Positions 49,451 through 64,000 of a stretch of DNA of 64,000 bases are shown piece by piece (position 1 is the stretch's first letter; the number at the start of each line of letters is the position of its first letter). The position numbers and the translations under genes were made by a program. The stretch comes from Phoronis australis. Taxonomy: Eukaryota > Animalia > Phoronida. The notes under the pieces are model-generated. The model saw nothing but the letters and a program-made list of their open reading frames with translations. It ran no database searches and was not told where the DNA came from. Location: contig NMRA01000282.1 of assembly GCA_002633005.1 (NCBI GenBank), positions 495,460 to 559,459 on the forward strand, written 5' to 3'.

Positions 49451-50043
49451 ACCTTGAAAATGTCACTGAACCTGGTATAAATATTGAAATATGAATAATT
49501 AAGTACTTCAGGTTGGGTCAAAAATGTTGCCCCTATTTTTCAAAAACGTGATACAATTTCACACAAAATGAAATAATTACTAATACCAGAAAGCAAGGGT
49601 ATTGTATAAAACTGCGTTTTTTTCTTTCATTCCTAGCCATAACAATTCTTTGAACGCAGCACTTGTCTGCAAAATATGCAAGTTATTTGAGACAACTTCA
49701 AACGTTTGTCACCCGTTTTCAAGCCTTTTAATTTTTGTTACTTTCAGCAATTTGAAACACCCATTACAGGTTCATGGGTCTGTCAAGGACACTTCTGGTC
49801 TAAGGCTGAGGGAACCGTTTTTCAGATTTTTCATGTTTCGTCTAATAGAAGATATGAAAACTTGGGTCATTTAAAAAAGGATGGATAATGTTCCTGTTGT
49901 TTAAAATCCTAAGGCACTATAGCTTGTGTATTGGCAGTAAGAATAATACGTTCAAATACGACTTCACTGGTATTTTCACAGCAAAAATGCAATTTTCACA
50001 AAAATGGCAGTCATATGAATTTATGAACGACTTGCAACATTCN

Positions 50044-50094
50044 GTGTTTTCGCAACTTTTTAAAATTACTCATAATTGCTTAGCTAAGTGTGTG

Positions 50095-50160
<66 letters not shown>

Positions 50161-51100
50161 TGTTATTACTGTTTTAATCGTCAATAATAATTCATTTGTG
50201 CCATGTTTACCTGTTGCCCAGATGCCATTATATATGTTAATTCGATTTCTGAGAATTAGGCCTCCTGTTATCTGTAGTATTTTCCTTATATTCATGAAAT
50301 AAAATTTAAAAAGCGAAAAGTTTACATTGTAAAAGCACCCAATCCAGTACTTCGTGCTACTGAAAGCGTACAATTTATTTGACACGCTCTTAGCGGACTG
50401 TCCTACTTGTTTGAATTTTTTCCGCCATCCAGTCACACCATCTAAATGTCCCGCTTTTTTACACACGGCCAAACTGACATAGTATCATATATTTTTGTAA
50501 TTTCTCAAGCGACAGAGACATATTTTCCAGCTCGACTGAAAAAAAACGGGACGTTTCATGGGTTTTGCGGCACCCACATTTCCCCATTATATACAAGTAT
50601 AACTATAAAAACAACAAAAAAAAAACGCTGCGGGCGTTTTTGTGTATTACATCTCCCGTTCGAAAGAACACGCTGTCGGTACGTTTTCATGTGTTGCGAC
50701 GAACATTTCACCCCTACGTTTTGGCTTAGGCCACTCACTTTTTATCCTGGAGTCCAGCTTTTCAATCCATTTGTTCTGTTTTTTCGTTCATTAATGTTGA
50801 CCGGGACAACTATGCAACGGGTATCAAAATAACATTGTTTCTTTTATTGTTATTATCCTGAGTCCATTGTCTTCTGTAACATAACAATCGTAAAAATATG
50901 TTCTAATGTCTCTTGTTTGCAATAACATGCACTACACGTATAAGATCACAAACTTTTACTTTCTGAAGAAAAAAGTTTATTTCTAAACTTTTATGGAAAG
51001 TTCTACACTGCAACCAATGTGATGATTTGTCCACAGTACATTTCAAAGCTTCCTTATCGAAATTTGTCAGTTTTTATCTATCAGAAAACCTTCATCTGCA
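50044..51100. repeat. Near-identical copy of 27437-28495 after an N join
   Basis: Begins immediately after N at 50043; same microsatellite and flanks with few SNPs. Confidence 0.85.
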
Positions 51101-53529
51101 AGTTTCAATGGCCTAAAGAAGCGCTGTAAAAAGGTCCAGTTTTGACACGTGGCTTTCCTTCATGTAACCTTATACAGCCTCACTAGTACACGCGCGCCCT
51201 CTAGTAATGTAAAGATTGTCTAACAGCTCCACTGATTTTACAAGGGAAGAAATTCCTCGTCTTCGTTTATTCACATCAAGAAAATTTTTTCAATACCCCA
51301 ACAACACAACCTAATCGCCATCTTAGGAAATGCAGTGCGGCAATCGTGATCCTGATTTTTTCGGCCCTAAAAGTGATTTTGAAGAAAAATGTGTGAGAGC
51401 GAAAATGCCAAATTTCGAATGAATCAAAATTATAGAAAAATATTCTATTGTGTCGGGCCCCTTCACTTCCTCACGAAGTAAAACTCAGAGTTATTTCATG
51501 ACGCAAATTTGCAACTCTCTTCCAAAGTTGCAACATATTTTTATCTTTTCCGTCACCCTGACCCAAGAGGATCATTGTCAGCTGTAGCAGACCTGGTTTT
51601 GACCTTTGAATAATAAAAGAAAGCGACCTCTAGCTATACTTACCAACAGCAGAAAACAGTGATGCAAAGTTTTTCAAGAAACACCATTTCAATTCCACTG
51701 GAAACTTTAGCATTTTCTCAGGATAGAAGTTGGCTTACATCTATCGTCTGCTACAACTTCTAGGTTTAAGAAATGGACGCAAGTACTTCACATTTGCTTG
51801 CTGTTCGCCTATGTATATTCCACATTCATAATTAGTAATCGATTATTGTATTTGAAAGATTTCTTGACGAATTCAGAAACACAATGGGTTCGTGTGTTTG
51901 ATACATTTGCCGGCTTCAGAATTCCCAGAGCAGCAGAGACGTCGTTGTGGGAAATTTATGAAAACAAATTAGCTTTGAAAAAAATACTTCCTACGTATTT
52001 ACATCAGTTTTGAAATCAATTAGTTCATTCACACCTACCTCTAGCCTATTTACATAGACACGACGTTTCGGTTAGACATTTTTGCAGCTATCTCCAGGTA
52101 TTAAGGAATTCTTAAAAGATAGATCACGAGTGTATGCTGACAATCTAATGGCCCGTAGCTCAATCCCTGCTTGCGCCAAAAAGCAGAAAAGATTTGCTCA
52201 TCATTGACCACCATGACAATACCATATGCACCTGCTCGTTCTTCAAAGAATGCTGTAGCACCCAAACATGGCCAGAGAAATGGCTTACCGAAACTTTGAA
52301 GATAGGCACAATCTACTTGCGTAAATAGAGTTTAAAAATGATGTTAGGCCTACTACATCGTCACCTCAAAGCGGTTTTAGGAAGAAGACATTGCTACGTA
52401 ATGACAAAGGATTTTTAACAAACGCTGAACATGTTAAATTGTTAACTGAATTGTAAATTCACAAATAGTCGTTAGTAACAAGAGTTTACGAGCGAAAACT
52501 ACGAGCGTACTTTTTCAAAGCTCACGTGACCTACGAAAAATTTTTCATTGGATATAATGATTATAGTAGTAAAATACGAGCGAGGTCGCGGTCGTAATTA
52601 CTGCACTTTCTCGAACGGCCCCATCTTACACTATAAAGCGTGCGGTTACAGATACTAATTACGTATAAACACCAGATGGCCTGATCACGTTCATGACGCG
52701 ATGACTTTTGTAAATACAGTGTTGCGCAATAAACACTGTACAATAATCTTTTCAAATTGAATCAAGGAGATGACTTGTCTTAGTGAAGATATAAATATGC
52801 ATCGGTGCACGTCTTGGGGATGGTGTGTATCCAGTGAAACGCGATAATACTTAACCCGTGTAAGTTTTACCCCGTGATAGCATCATTTCGATAAAAGACT
52901 CTCTCAGACCACACTTCACAATGGAGGGTGCTTTAGTCTGGATGTTTCAAGGTAAAGTGGTGTTGTCGTCTGTCGACACATGAGAACATATATATATTTT
53001 GTAACGGCACTTTTGGCAGATAAGAGCGATGCCGCATTAACTTACTTCTGAATGGTGTTCCCATTTGTGTGTTAGATTAATTCCACGTATGTAATTTTAT
53101 ATTCACACGAACTCTGAAGACTGTGTATACTCCCAGGGAAGCTTTACACCGTGTTTTCTTGCGTTTACATTACACAATACACTGCAATACGTACTTGTAA
53201 GTATACACTGGGATGTAATTGCTCTAATGAGTTGAAACAGTATCGTATAAACCGTGGTCAATCACAACGCAGCGTGAAAATAAATATTATTTGCATAGGC
53301 ATGGGAAGAAAGTGGCACGGGGGAGCAGCCCCGATGAGGTTGGGGACTAACTCCCTCCACTAAACAGGGCCGTAGGCGAGCGTACATGCACCCCGATAAT
53401 TTCAAAAGTGAGTGTGGAACCTTTGATGCGACCGGCGAAGGGCGTGAGGGGATGAGTCGGGCGGAAAAGAATACAGGAAAAATATGAATGAGACAAAGAA
53501 TTAGAGAACATTTGTGAACTACCACTATT

Positions 53530-56500
53530 GGAGAGAAAATGATTATTTTGTTACGGGGCTCCCATTTTAGACACTTTTAGGCACATGTAAGTAGTTCGAA
53601 AAAACTTGTCATGCTCGGATTTTCCAGAGTAAATAGAGTCAGATTTCTAAGTCCAAGAAAACATGGTTAGGGAATGCAAAACTGTATTTCCCCAGGGACA
53701 CCCTCATGGCATGGGCATCTGTCGTTTTCTATTCCAGTCTTTCTTGAAATTGTTTATCATTCGATACAAATCCAAGCTCTTTTAGTGGCTCAGCCGACGA
53801 CATCTATGGTTACCCTTTTACTGTTTTTCTTATTTATTTTCGTATTAAGGAACCACTCGCTTAGGCGACCCTAATGATGGAATCAGTTGCCTCTCTTTTC
53901 CTGTATTTCTGAAAAAGGTGCAACATTTTATGTTAAGGAATTTGGCCTGGTGCTAGACAGAAGGTGAGTGGATATCGAAATCTACTGTCGCCCTTTTCCA
54001 TTTTTAAAGAGAATCTGATAGTCTTTCACATTTGTTTAGAGTATTCGAGAAGCATGCAATTCATGTTAAGGGATCCCTCTACCTCCAATAAATCCGTCGA
54101 ACGTCAACTATTCATGAGTGGAAATAGATAAGATTTCAAATTTGTCAAATATCCCACGAATTGCGTGCGTGTGAAGCTCAACACTATAAAGACGTGCGGC
54201 CTTAGCGACAGAAATATGGAATTGTATTGAAAAACTAGGAGAGACAGCCATGGAGAAGATGGAAGTTTGAAAAAACTTGAAGACCAATATTCATGAATAA
54301 CACACAAGGTAATGTTTCTGATGTTTGATGCGGTTGAAAATATCAACACTTTACCCAACGAATTCAAAGAATAGTTTTTTCTTTTAAAGATTGTTATTAG
54401 GACAGTATTGTTGATGAAGAGGGAGTTGCTTGTCACTTCCTTGCATACAGGGCACATGTCGTCTCGCGCGTACTTTCACTACTCTATGGTGTAACCATGC
54501 AGTAGGACCTTGTGCAGAGTTGGTTCCACGAGAACTGAATTTGAACTTCCGGAATTACACTGAAATCTGGGTGCATCATTGAAAACATCGTGCGTATCAT
54601 TTTTCTCCAATCACTTGTACAAGCTCTGGCACCCGTATTTCAAGATGGTTTTTGAAACACTTCAATGGCAGTTAACCAGAGACTTCGAAACGGCTCCCTT
54701 TTCAGGTATACCTTCAAAGCATGGCCCTAATAAAGTGAACTTATCTCAAACTGGACCCAAGTGAATCGTCACGTTTCGCTTCAATTTCTGTCTCCGTGAA
54801 ATCTCATAAAATGTACTCTTCATGGTCAATTTCAGACCTTAACCGCGTAACCACGTAACGTTTCAAAACAAATTAGTTTGTGCTTTTCCATTCCTAATGT
54901 TATTTGCTACCTTACCGGCCTGCTAAAGCGACAAAAGAGAGGCCTGGCGGAAGTAAAACTGTTGTCGAATTGGAATGGAGAGTATAACTGGTGTCGAGTT
55001 TGGGATGAAACCGGATGTTAGCAGAGACGAAAATGAAGTAGACTGTAGATGGGGGAGGGCTACCACCTTAACTCGATAACTTGTTGTTGTCAGCTTTATA
55101 AAACTTGCCCATCATGGTAATAGAAAACACTATGGTGATTGGATTTATCTATTTTTATTGCAAAAACATTTGATCTCACCGATAGCGTCTCTTGAATTAC
55201 TAAGCTCTGTAGAATATTGTTAATTTTCAATTTTTTCCTTACTTAGAGGTGAGTTACGGGTTTGATAAGAACTGACGGCTTGTTACTCTTCAAAAAGTTG
55301 GTTTATCACAGCGTGCCATTTTATTTGCAAAACATATAGTTGACCGTGGGAGGGGAAATCGGAAGATATCTTGTTAGGCCATTAGGTCCCTGTGGGACAA
55401 AATCACTTAGCAAGACACCAGACTGGTCTATTTTTTCAGTGATACCGTTTTCCGTAACTCATTTTCCGGAAATTCCAGAAAATTTATTGACGCAGAAAGT
55501 GAAAAACATAATTTTTTATAATTAAATGCACATAACATATAAATAAAGCAAGTGCTGTTTAACAAACACTGGCTTGGGTCGGTTCCGCCTCAGTCCTCTC
55601 AGTTCGGAATAACTCGAGGTCTTGCATTTAACACACACGAAGACCGACGTGTCCGATCGAAGAGCCAGGAATAAATTCAATTATGTGTTCATGTGTTTTT
55701 GTTCTCTTCACTATTGCAATGAATACTGGGCAGCTGTTGCATTGTGCGCCTATACAAGAGCAAAAATGTTCAAATTCGGTTAATATTGGATATTGTGCTT
55801 TTGCGATGTTCATGAAAGAGCAGTTAGGAACTGCTTTTAACGTGAACCAGTTGTGCATGAGGGGCTATCAAAATAGCCCTTTTATTGTTTTTAGGGAAAA
55901 ACCAAAATTTGTCTAAAACGAATTGATACTTCAGAAAACTGAAACAGCGTTTTCAAGACTTAATTTTGAACCTTCGTTTCAAACGCATTTTGGTCATAGT
56001 ATGGATACCGTTTGTTTGCTATCAATCTATCATTAATTCCTTTTTGCGAAATTTTAATATAAATGAGTGGTCACGTGATCCAATAAATCGAGATTGGTAA
56101 AAAGTCAAAAGCAAACTCTTCAGGCTTTTTATTTTTAGATGATATATATTTTCGAAGACGTAAAATCTATAGATTCGTACATATTGAGTTGAATACAGCC
56201 GGTTCGATAAGGTCCTACATATCATCATACAATATTTACTGTCTACATAAACACATATATGACTGAAAATATTGCAACAAGTACAACATTTTATGATGTT
56301 TATTCACGTTGATCCCATACGCGTTGAATCAGTCGAGTGCAATGTGATATTGTTTTCCGTATTTCCCTCCCGCACTACTTCAACAGTGACCTCTGACATG
56401 GAATGATCAAAAGATAGGTCAATGTCCACTCAACGTCGTTAGCGGGTTCGATCAACAAACTTTCCCAAATTAGTTCAAAATATTACAATTGCAGCCGTAT

Positions 56501-57960
56501 AAATAACACTCAACATACAATCAGGTACCAAACGTAACATCTGGTACAAACCTGTTAATTATATGACACTTCTGTCTCAGTTTTCAATTGCTAAATATAT
56601 CGTCTTCAACCCAGGCGCCGATTCCTCGGTAATTACAATATCAAATATTGCTGTTGTTATTTAACTATTTTCAGGAAATGTTACAAGTTCAATGCACAAT
56701 TACCGTTGTTTTTATCTTTGTTATATCTTTTCAAGGAATAAATCGTTATATTTAAAACAGTTTCTATTACTAGAGAAAACTTGTAACCTAACGCTCAAGT
56801 ACATACATACATGTATATGATGTGATCCGCCACGTGAACAGTCTGGGTGAAGTATTTAAAAAAATCTGCCGAATAAATGACAAAAACTTTGGAATTCGAA
56901 GCGTATGGGATAAATACAAAACGTATCTCGATTGGCGTTGATGAAGTAATATTCCACTCGACACTATTCCATGTATCGACCGAGACCGCATGTATGTATT
57001 TACGTTCGATGATCTGCTAATAATCTATAAGTGATATGTTGCTTCTGGTTTGTGTGGCACCATAAAAGCAATGCATTGCTATAGAATTAATGAATGGAAC
57101 AAATGCAATCTTGGTATTTTGCATTGTGTGCATTACACGTGGACAATTTTTTTTCTCTTCTCATAACTTTCATTGGAAGTTTTCCATAAAATTTCAAGGG
57201 TCCCTCGATTTTAAACGAAAGCGCTAGCAAGTGGTTACGTTTTTGGTTTTCGTTGACCATACCTGTGTTTACGCTCGTTTCGTGACGTCACACTATTGTA
57301 GTCAGATGTTGTCGGATAAAAGTGAACTGAATGTGGAAAGTGTGAAGCCATGTTATTCACCATTACATGAGACACGAACAGCAAACACAGAATCTTGGGT
57401 AACTCATAAAATTGGGTCACAGTCTAGGGAAGTTGGATGACCCACTAACTCATAGAATTGACAATAAATTGGTGGCGCTAGTGACAGCCACTTAACAGTT
57501 CACAACACACACCTGCAAAAATCACTCTTTGTGACATTTTCTCGTAAGACATTGCTTTGCAGCGACTGCTCTCTTCAAAGGGATCTCTTGCGAGAAAATT
57601 ACTGAGTAAAAGAATTAATTTGTTGATATTTGTCGATGGCACCAAATTAAAACATTCTGTGTTGACATTTGTTTTGTAATTTTAGACCATGAAGGCTACA
57701 TTTTGCAGCATTTTTCATTGATGTTTCAAAGTGTGGGAGTACCACGTTGAATAAGATATTTACGATATTAATCCCCTATAACAATTCCTAATACAATAGT
57801 ATTTAAACTTTATTTCCTTCTGTTTATATTTCTGAATAATCAAAATCATAACTAGGGCACTAACCTCTACAAAACAGGTCTCCAAGTTCACCTTACCATG
57901 AAGGCTTTGCTCCCGTTGCCTCGAAAAACTTCCAAGCCATTTACGACTCGAGAAACGGTT
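53530..57960. repeat. Mosaic segmental paralog block (direct and inverted pieces)
   Basis: 53530-54770 ~ 36300-38150; 55335-55600 ~ 41695-42170; 56020-56310 and 57500-57940 inverted ~ 42190-43040; 56310-56900 ~ 28760-29500. Confidence 0.7.
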
Positions 57961-59478
57961 CTCATTAGTAAGCCCTAGGATTTCAAAATTTAATCTTTTT
58001 TATCCAATTCTAACAAGTTATCTTTCGATTCTGACCCAAGTCTTAAACCAGTGATGTCATGGCAACAAAATTGAGATTTCAGTGTAAAAGGTTCGGTAAG
58101 TATATTTCCTGATTTCACGTTTTTGTACTTCATGGAAGGGAAATGAAGCTTTTGTTGAAGCGCTTAAAACCACCATTTATCATGTTTTGACAAGTGACTA
58201 CGCTGTCAGCATCACTAAACATTCCTTTATCGCACTGCATGTCACAACCGTAAATTCAATATCGCAAAACAAGAAAATAGAAGCAAAGCGACTTTAATGG
58301 AAAGTTTCTGAGGTCCATGAACATAAATGTGACAAGTGAAGGTACCCAGCGCCAGCGTGTCATGTCCGCGCGTCTCCGATGTCCCGCGGGAAAATGAATA
58401 CGCCTCACCTTCTTTATTATAAAATAAATCGTGGAAAACGAACAGCAATATTTGATGATTTTCACACTAAGCTCAGAAGAGAGTGATTAATATTGTGACT
58501 GACTGTCCCATTTCTACGAAGTATGTGTCGACCAATGAATGCTTGCAACTCGAAATGAGCTAATTAACGTACAGTCAGATGGTGTTTGCAGGTTTTCTAA
58601 TTTGACCATCTTATCGACCGGTGGAGTTGTAATATGTTACCAAGAAATCTAGGTAACAAAATGCCATTAGAAAATAAAGGCAGCCACTTCAAAGGTTGAA
58701 TAACAAGGCAAGGTACACGCGTATATCTGAATCGAGATGGTTCCATGACGTAGTACCAGAATAGTTCTGTTATGGAGATAGGCGATCACCATTGTCGCTA
58801 CACCTGGTACGTCTGCTGTGAACCTGATTAACTCGTTGAATTTTGTCACACATACTCAGTGAATGGCAGTGGCGACATCTGGTATCTGTTCCATGACTTT
58901 TAGACTTAAAAGTCTAGACTTTTAAATCTAACCCAGAGACAGTAGAGAGGACCTGTCGTCTTTCGTTCCACATATCTATTTCTGAAAAAAAAATCTCACT
59001 TCGCCAAAAATACAAAGTCTCTGAGAATATACACATAACTGGTAGTAACTGATATGATTTCTATCAATTATTTCTAGATGGTGGTATGCTCATACTTACT
59101 TGGCTAAGACTTTATTCAATTTACTGTGACGTGCGAGCGACAAGTCCACACATCGGCCTATTCCTAAAAAAACAGGTCATTGTATAATGCTGAATCACAT
59201 GATCATACACATCGACATATTCGTTGACTGAGTAGTTTAACTTATAAGATACATCTTGAGGTCCACGAAAGAGTATAATGTCTCTTGTTGACTTCGCAGG
59301 TTACGTCGACGATCCTCTCATAACGGAGTTGAGTTAGTATGAAACTGCCGAGGAATGTTTTTATTATTAATTTTGAGAACAACAAGAGCCAGGAACAAAA
59401 CGCATCAATCCAAACAATCACTAACCTGGCAAATCGAGAAAGGGATAAGTATTCAAGCAGTTGCTTCTCATTTCAGCA

Positions 59479-60206
59479 TGTCACGTTTTTCCCCGTGTGT
59501 GGGTGGGCGCAGGTTGTTACAGACCGGTGCTAATAGCTTTCGGTGCAACGATTGACTGAAGACTGGTTAGAGTTAATCCTTTATGAATCCCGACCGTATG
59601 TTCACAAGCCTAGTCCAACAAAACGTCCGACGTAATGTCTGTTTATGCTCCAGCCAGTGCTGCAAACCCTTGAATTGTGATGAACTTCTGAGACACGTTC
59701 AGCAACTGTTACACTCATCGATTCAATAACCTGCTGTCCCTATAGCTGGCTCTCTATTGACTATCGCTGTAACTGCCGATTCTCTTCACTGCAACTCAAC
59801 TGTAATTCTCCTGATTAACTTTCTTGAACTGACTGAATCTGACAAACACAAACCCGTGCTTGTGTATTTATAGCCTGATGCATTGTTCTGGAACTTTTCA
59901 TCATTTCAAGCACATTCTAGAACTTTCCTGAATCTACCCAACCATTCTACAAACATGTACTAGTCTCTAGAGTATTCCAGACTTCATTAATCACTGTCAT
60001 GCTAGAGTCTTCTAGAAAGTTCCACACTATACTGCAGTAAACAAATTACATAATCACTACTGAACTCAGTCTACTAGAAAGTTCCATACTGTTCTGCAGT
60101 AAACAAATTACATCATCATTGTACTTAACTCAGGGGTCATGCCAATCAAACAAAACAACAAAACAACACAATACAACTAAAAACATTGTCAGTCTATATT
60201 CTGACA
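59479..60206 (-). mobile_element. Solo LTR (728 bp) with 5-bp TSD
   Basis: TG...CA ends; TSD cagca at 59474-59478 and 60207-60211; homologous to 30438-32625. Confidence 0.85.
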
Positions 60207-60254
60207 CAGCAATATTGACTTCTATCTATAATCTGACACAAAGACTCCATTTCC

Positions 60255-62220
60255 ATTTTCAAAGTTGTCCCATAGCAATGATCAGAATTGTCAGAAAAGC
60301 GGATATGAGCAATGGGAAATATTTTTCCATGAAAACAAAGAAGAACTTGCTACATATTGACAATAGTTGTTTAACGAACTCCGAACATGATAAATTGCTA
60401 ACAACCAAAAAACGATTGAAAATTTAACAATAGTTTTTATTAACTCAAGGATCTAGTCATATATTAAACATAAAAGTGTGATTAAAACTAAATAGCTGCT
60501 TTGAAAGTAGTCGTGGTAGGGTGGACAATGGAAATAGAATCATGCCAGATACGCCCATTAATTAGTTTCGCGCAACCCTAGTGTGTGTTGTAAACACAAG
60601 GCTGAGAACTACGCCATCTTGTCATTCGCCGCAATGAAAAACTAATCGTGTCCAAACCATGTAAACACTGATAAATCAATTCATTCTTTAATGACATTCG
60701 TAGAGCAATAAAATTGCTATGTGATTAAAATTGGGTGAAATGAATGTATTTACATTCCTTTATAACCAAATGAGAATGAAAAGGTGTGTTTTAGTCAATA
60801 TTAAAGTGTAATAGACAGTAGGATTTTTGGTTTCATTCTCTTGAAGCTCCCTGGAAAAGCCATGGTCTTGGTTCATGCTTGAGTTTTTAATTAGGCAAAT
60901 TAAGGCTCCTACTGTTACATTTGATACCTTACCTCCATGGATTATGTAATTTTAGTGATTGCTGCTGGGGGTTCAGGGTGCAGTTGCCCCCACGTGCCAG
61001 TGGAACGGGGTTACATAGGGAGGGTGCAAAATAGATAAAAACCAGGTTTGCGCCAAATGGATGTTGATACCCTCCCAGGGTGGTGCATGGGAGGAGTGCA
61101 ANGCCAATAAACACCATTTCAATCCCAATAGAAACTTCGTCATTTTCTTAGGATTAAAATTGGCCTACATGTATAGTCTGCTTCAACTTCTAGAACTCAA
61201 GCAATGACCGTGAATACTCCAATTGGTTGTAGTTCGCCTATGTATATTTAACGTTTTGGGCCGCCAGTGGGTTCGTTCGTGCGTTACATATTTGAAAGTT
61301 GTCCCATAGCAATGATCAGAATTGTCAGAACAGCGGATATGAGCAATGGGAAATATTTTTCATGAGAACAAAGAAGAACTTGCTACATATAGACAATAGT
61401 TATTTAACGAACTCCGAACATGATAAATTGCTAACAATAAAAAAAAACGATTGAAAATTTAACAATAGTTTTTATTAACTCGAGGATCTAGTCATATATT
61501 AAACGTATATGTGTGATTAAAACTAAATAGCTGCTTTGAAAGTAGTTGTGGTAAGGTGGACAATGGAAATAGAATCATGCCAGATACGCCCAATAATTAG
61601 TTTCGCGCAACCCTCGTGTGTGTTGTAAACACAACTCTGAGAACTACGCCATCTCGTAATTCGCCGCAATAGTTAGCGGTCGAAAAACTAATCGTGTCCA
61701 AACCATGTAAACACTGATAAATCCATTCATTCTTTAATGATATTCGTAGAGCAATAAAATTTCTATGTGATTAAAAATGGGTGAAATGAATATATTTACA
61801 TTCACGTATAACCAAATGAGAATGAAAATATGTGTTTTAGTCAATATTAAAGTGTAATAGAAAGTAGGATTTTTGGTTTCATTCTCTTGAAGCTCCCCGG
61901 AAAAGCCATGGTCTTGGTTCATGCTTGAGTTTTTAATAAGGCAAATTAAGGCTCCTACTGTTACATTTGATACCTCCATGGATTACGTAATTTTAGTGAT
62001 TGNTAATTAGGCAAATTAAGGCTCCTACTGTTACATTTGATACCTTACCTCCATGGATTATGTAATTTTAGTGATTGCTCCTGGGGGTTCAGGGTGCAGT
62101 TGCCCCCACGTGCCAGCGGAACGGGGTTACATAGGGAGAGTGCAAAATAGATAAAAACCAGGTTTGCGCAAAATGGGTGTTGATACCCTCCCAGGGTGGT
62201 GCATGGAAGGAGTGCAAAAC
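60255..62220. repeat. Duplicated block (60255-61101 ~ 61275-62220) around N joins at 61102 and 62003
   Basis: Highly similar colinear copies next to Ns; probable haplotype redundancy. Confidence 0.7.
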
Positions 62221-62250
62221 AGGTAAAAACCAAAGGATGTGCCACATTGG
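62047..62250 (-). pseudogene. Possible Kolobok-type transposase remnant exon
   Basis: Frameshifted TWFLSILH..CN...W...GNCT...PW followed by donor GTAAGG resembles the W.SI..H..N.H.W..G.C.H motif; weak. Confidence 0.3.
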
Positions 62251-63110
62251 TGCTAAGCCTCTCCCATCCTCAGAAATTTTGGTTACTAAATCCCCCTAAC
62301 CATTGACAACATGTAATGAGGTGGTGACAAGATTTGGTTCTCGTTTTGTGCACGCACCCTAGGATTTTTTGTAATAGCCGACGGTCATGCCCCTGTGGTT
62401 ATGTCAGTAACATCCTGGGTATTTCCCAACTTTTCATTCAGTATAAGGTGCTCCCAGGTCATTCCTCGTTTCATCTCCACCCAAGAATTTCGCATGTGTT
62501 CCCCATTGAATGCGCAAAGCTACTAGCATTTAAGACGATTTTTCGTGCTGGAGGTGTTACACAAGAAGAAAACAAGGTAATTCATCACTGCCACAAAATT
62601 GTAATCAATTCTGATGCTCTCTCACATCAAATTTTAGAACAGGCTTCCGTTATTTTTTGTGACATGCCAGTATAGGGTAAACTTTACACTCTTCCGCTAC
62701 AATCACCGACAGTTAGAAGTCAGTTCGTAAAAAATACAGTTCTTGTGTTTCGGTAGATGAATTATGCAATTTATTGCACTACAAAAAGGCGCCGTTCCCC
62801 ATCGTACTTCACCGTTACTTATGCGCCACTTGGTGGCGCTAGTAGTAGCGAACTCACCAGTGAATACTCCTACTATAGTAAACTCCTTGCTACAGACCCA
62901 CCCACGCGCATTGGTAGATGCTTGGTCACTAAGGATTTAAATTTATTTATCGTGGACCATTCGGAAGAAAGTGTCACTCGTAATTACGACCAAGACTTTG
63001 CTATTCCCGAGAACTCAACAAGAGGTCGTGACTCGGAAGGCGTATAATCACAAGTTGTGTCAGTTGTTAGTATTGACGAAAACCTAGGGAGAAGGGATGT
63101 GCTTGACCTN

Positions 63111-64000
63111 CTCTGACGAATTCCGGCTTACCGAAGAACTATCCATACTTTCCGTTGTCTGTGCATGTTCACGGCGCCTCTCTATTGTATCTTGATCAGT
63201 GTATTCCGGTTCGAACTGATAGCTTGTGAAACCTAACGATCGACCCGATCCGTGAAGTCTTCGTCCAATGAGCTCTTGACTAAGTCGGGATTGGCGCCGG
63301 GCGATTTGCCATACAGACATTTATTATTCTGCGTTCTGTTTCAAAATGTATTATTCTCACCCTAGCCAATGCTTATATAAAACTGAAACAAATTATGTCT
63401 CATTAGATACAATTTGTAAAGCCTTTGTGGTATTCGTGAGTGCAAATGTTGATAAGCCAGCAATGAATGAACCACTGCGTCACCGGCTTATGATGCAGGC
63501 ACTAAAAGTAAGTGAACAGGCACCGAGGCCGTGTGAGCTGAACGAAAGCTGTTGTCAAACAGTTACACGATTTTATACGTTGGGTCACACGTTGGGGAAT
63601 CTTCATCTAGAAATAGATATACATTATTCAAACAATTGTTACTGTACAACCTTTACCCTGGCGGTCTGTGGAAGGAGAACCCGACTTAGGGGCCCCCCGA
63701 CAAGGAAGTAGATTTTCAGTTTCGTGGCTAATTCACTTGAACAAATACGTGCACAATATTTCTTTGGCTCACTATTATAGTCTTTTCGTGACTGCAGGTT
63801 TAGTTTCAAACTGAAGCTGGTTCTTCTGTCTGTATTTCACGGAAGAATATTTCGAATTTATCTCCGAACAGACCCCAAACTCCTGCTACGCCTCCTTGGT
63901 AAATTGACCTGCCGAATTTTGTAAGCTACGGTGCGTCCAAACACCAATGTATCCGTAACAGCGAAATAAAACAACACGTTTTTATAAGAACTCGGTGTAT
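63111..64000. mobile_element. Second partial copy of the Kolobok element (homologous to 30910-31880)
   Basis: ctctgacgaattccggcttacc... colinear with 30910 onward; FTSYQFEPEYTDQD on the minus strand. Confidence 0.8.

Noticed and set aside
51101-51182. 82-bp near-exact repeat of 48978-49059 joined to the 27437-28495 duplicate
   Set aside because: Lies in a contig next to an N join; cannot separate a true rearrangement from an assembly or haplotype artefact without reads.

Overview
Repeat-dense animal genomic DNA with spliceosomal introns and no prokaryotic features; probably a marine invertebrate, but the species cannot be determined from sequence alone. Single-N scaffold joins lie at 441, 18637, 50043, 61102, 62003 and 63110, and several flank uncollapsed haplotype copies. 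The left third holds two Academ (AcademX-type) DNA transposons joined head-to-head through a shared TA inside a 30-bp perfect palindrome. One is an internally deleted 5.3-kb element (2579-7908). The other is a degenerate 9.8-kb element (7907-17693) with an intron-containing DDE transposase/XPG-like gene, interrupted by a 9-bp-TSD MITE and a 5'-truncated RNase H LINE. The alternate haplotype (18638-23185) shows the empty site. Host-like coding sequence is a minus-strand kringle/PAN locus: an apparently intact two-exon signal peptide-kringle-PAN gene (23888-22466), two more kringle exons enclosed between Mutator-like MITE arms (Pack-MULE-like, ~24460-26657), and a pseudogenised paralog (~44590-45990). 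Each copy of the kringle intron carries a divergent pair of Penelope-type hammerhead-ribozyme motifs. The rest is a mosaic of segmental duplications plus remnants of Gypsy LTRs (probably Gmr1-like), Kolobok (THAP + KolX), a THAP + YqaJ DNA transposon and a tRNA-derived fold-back insertion.
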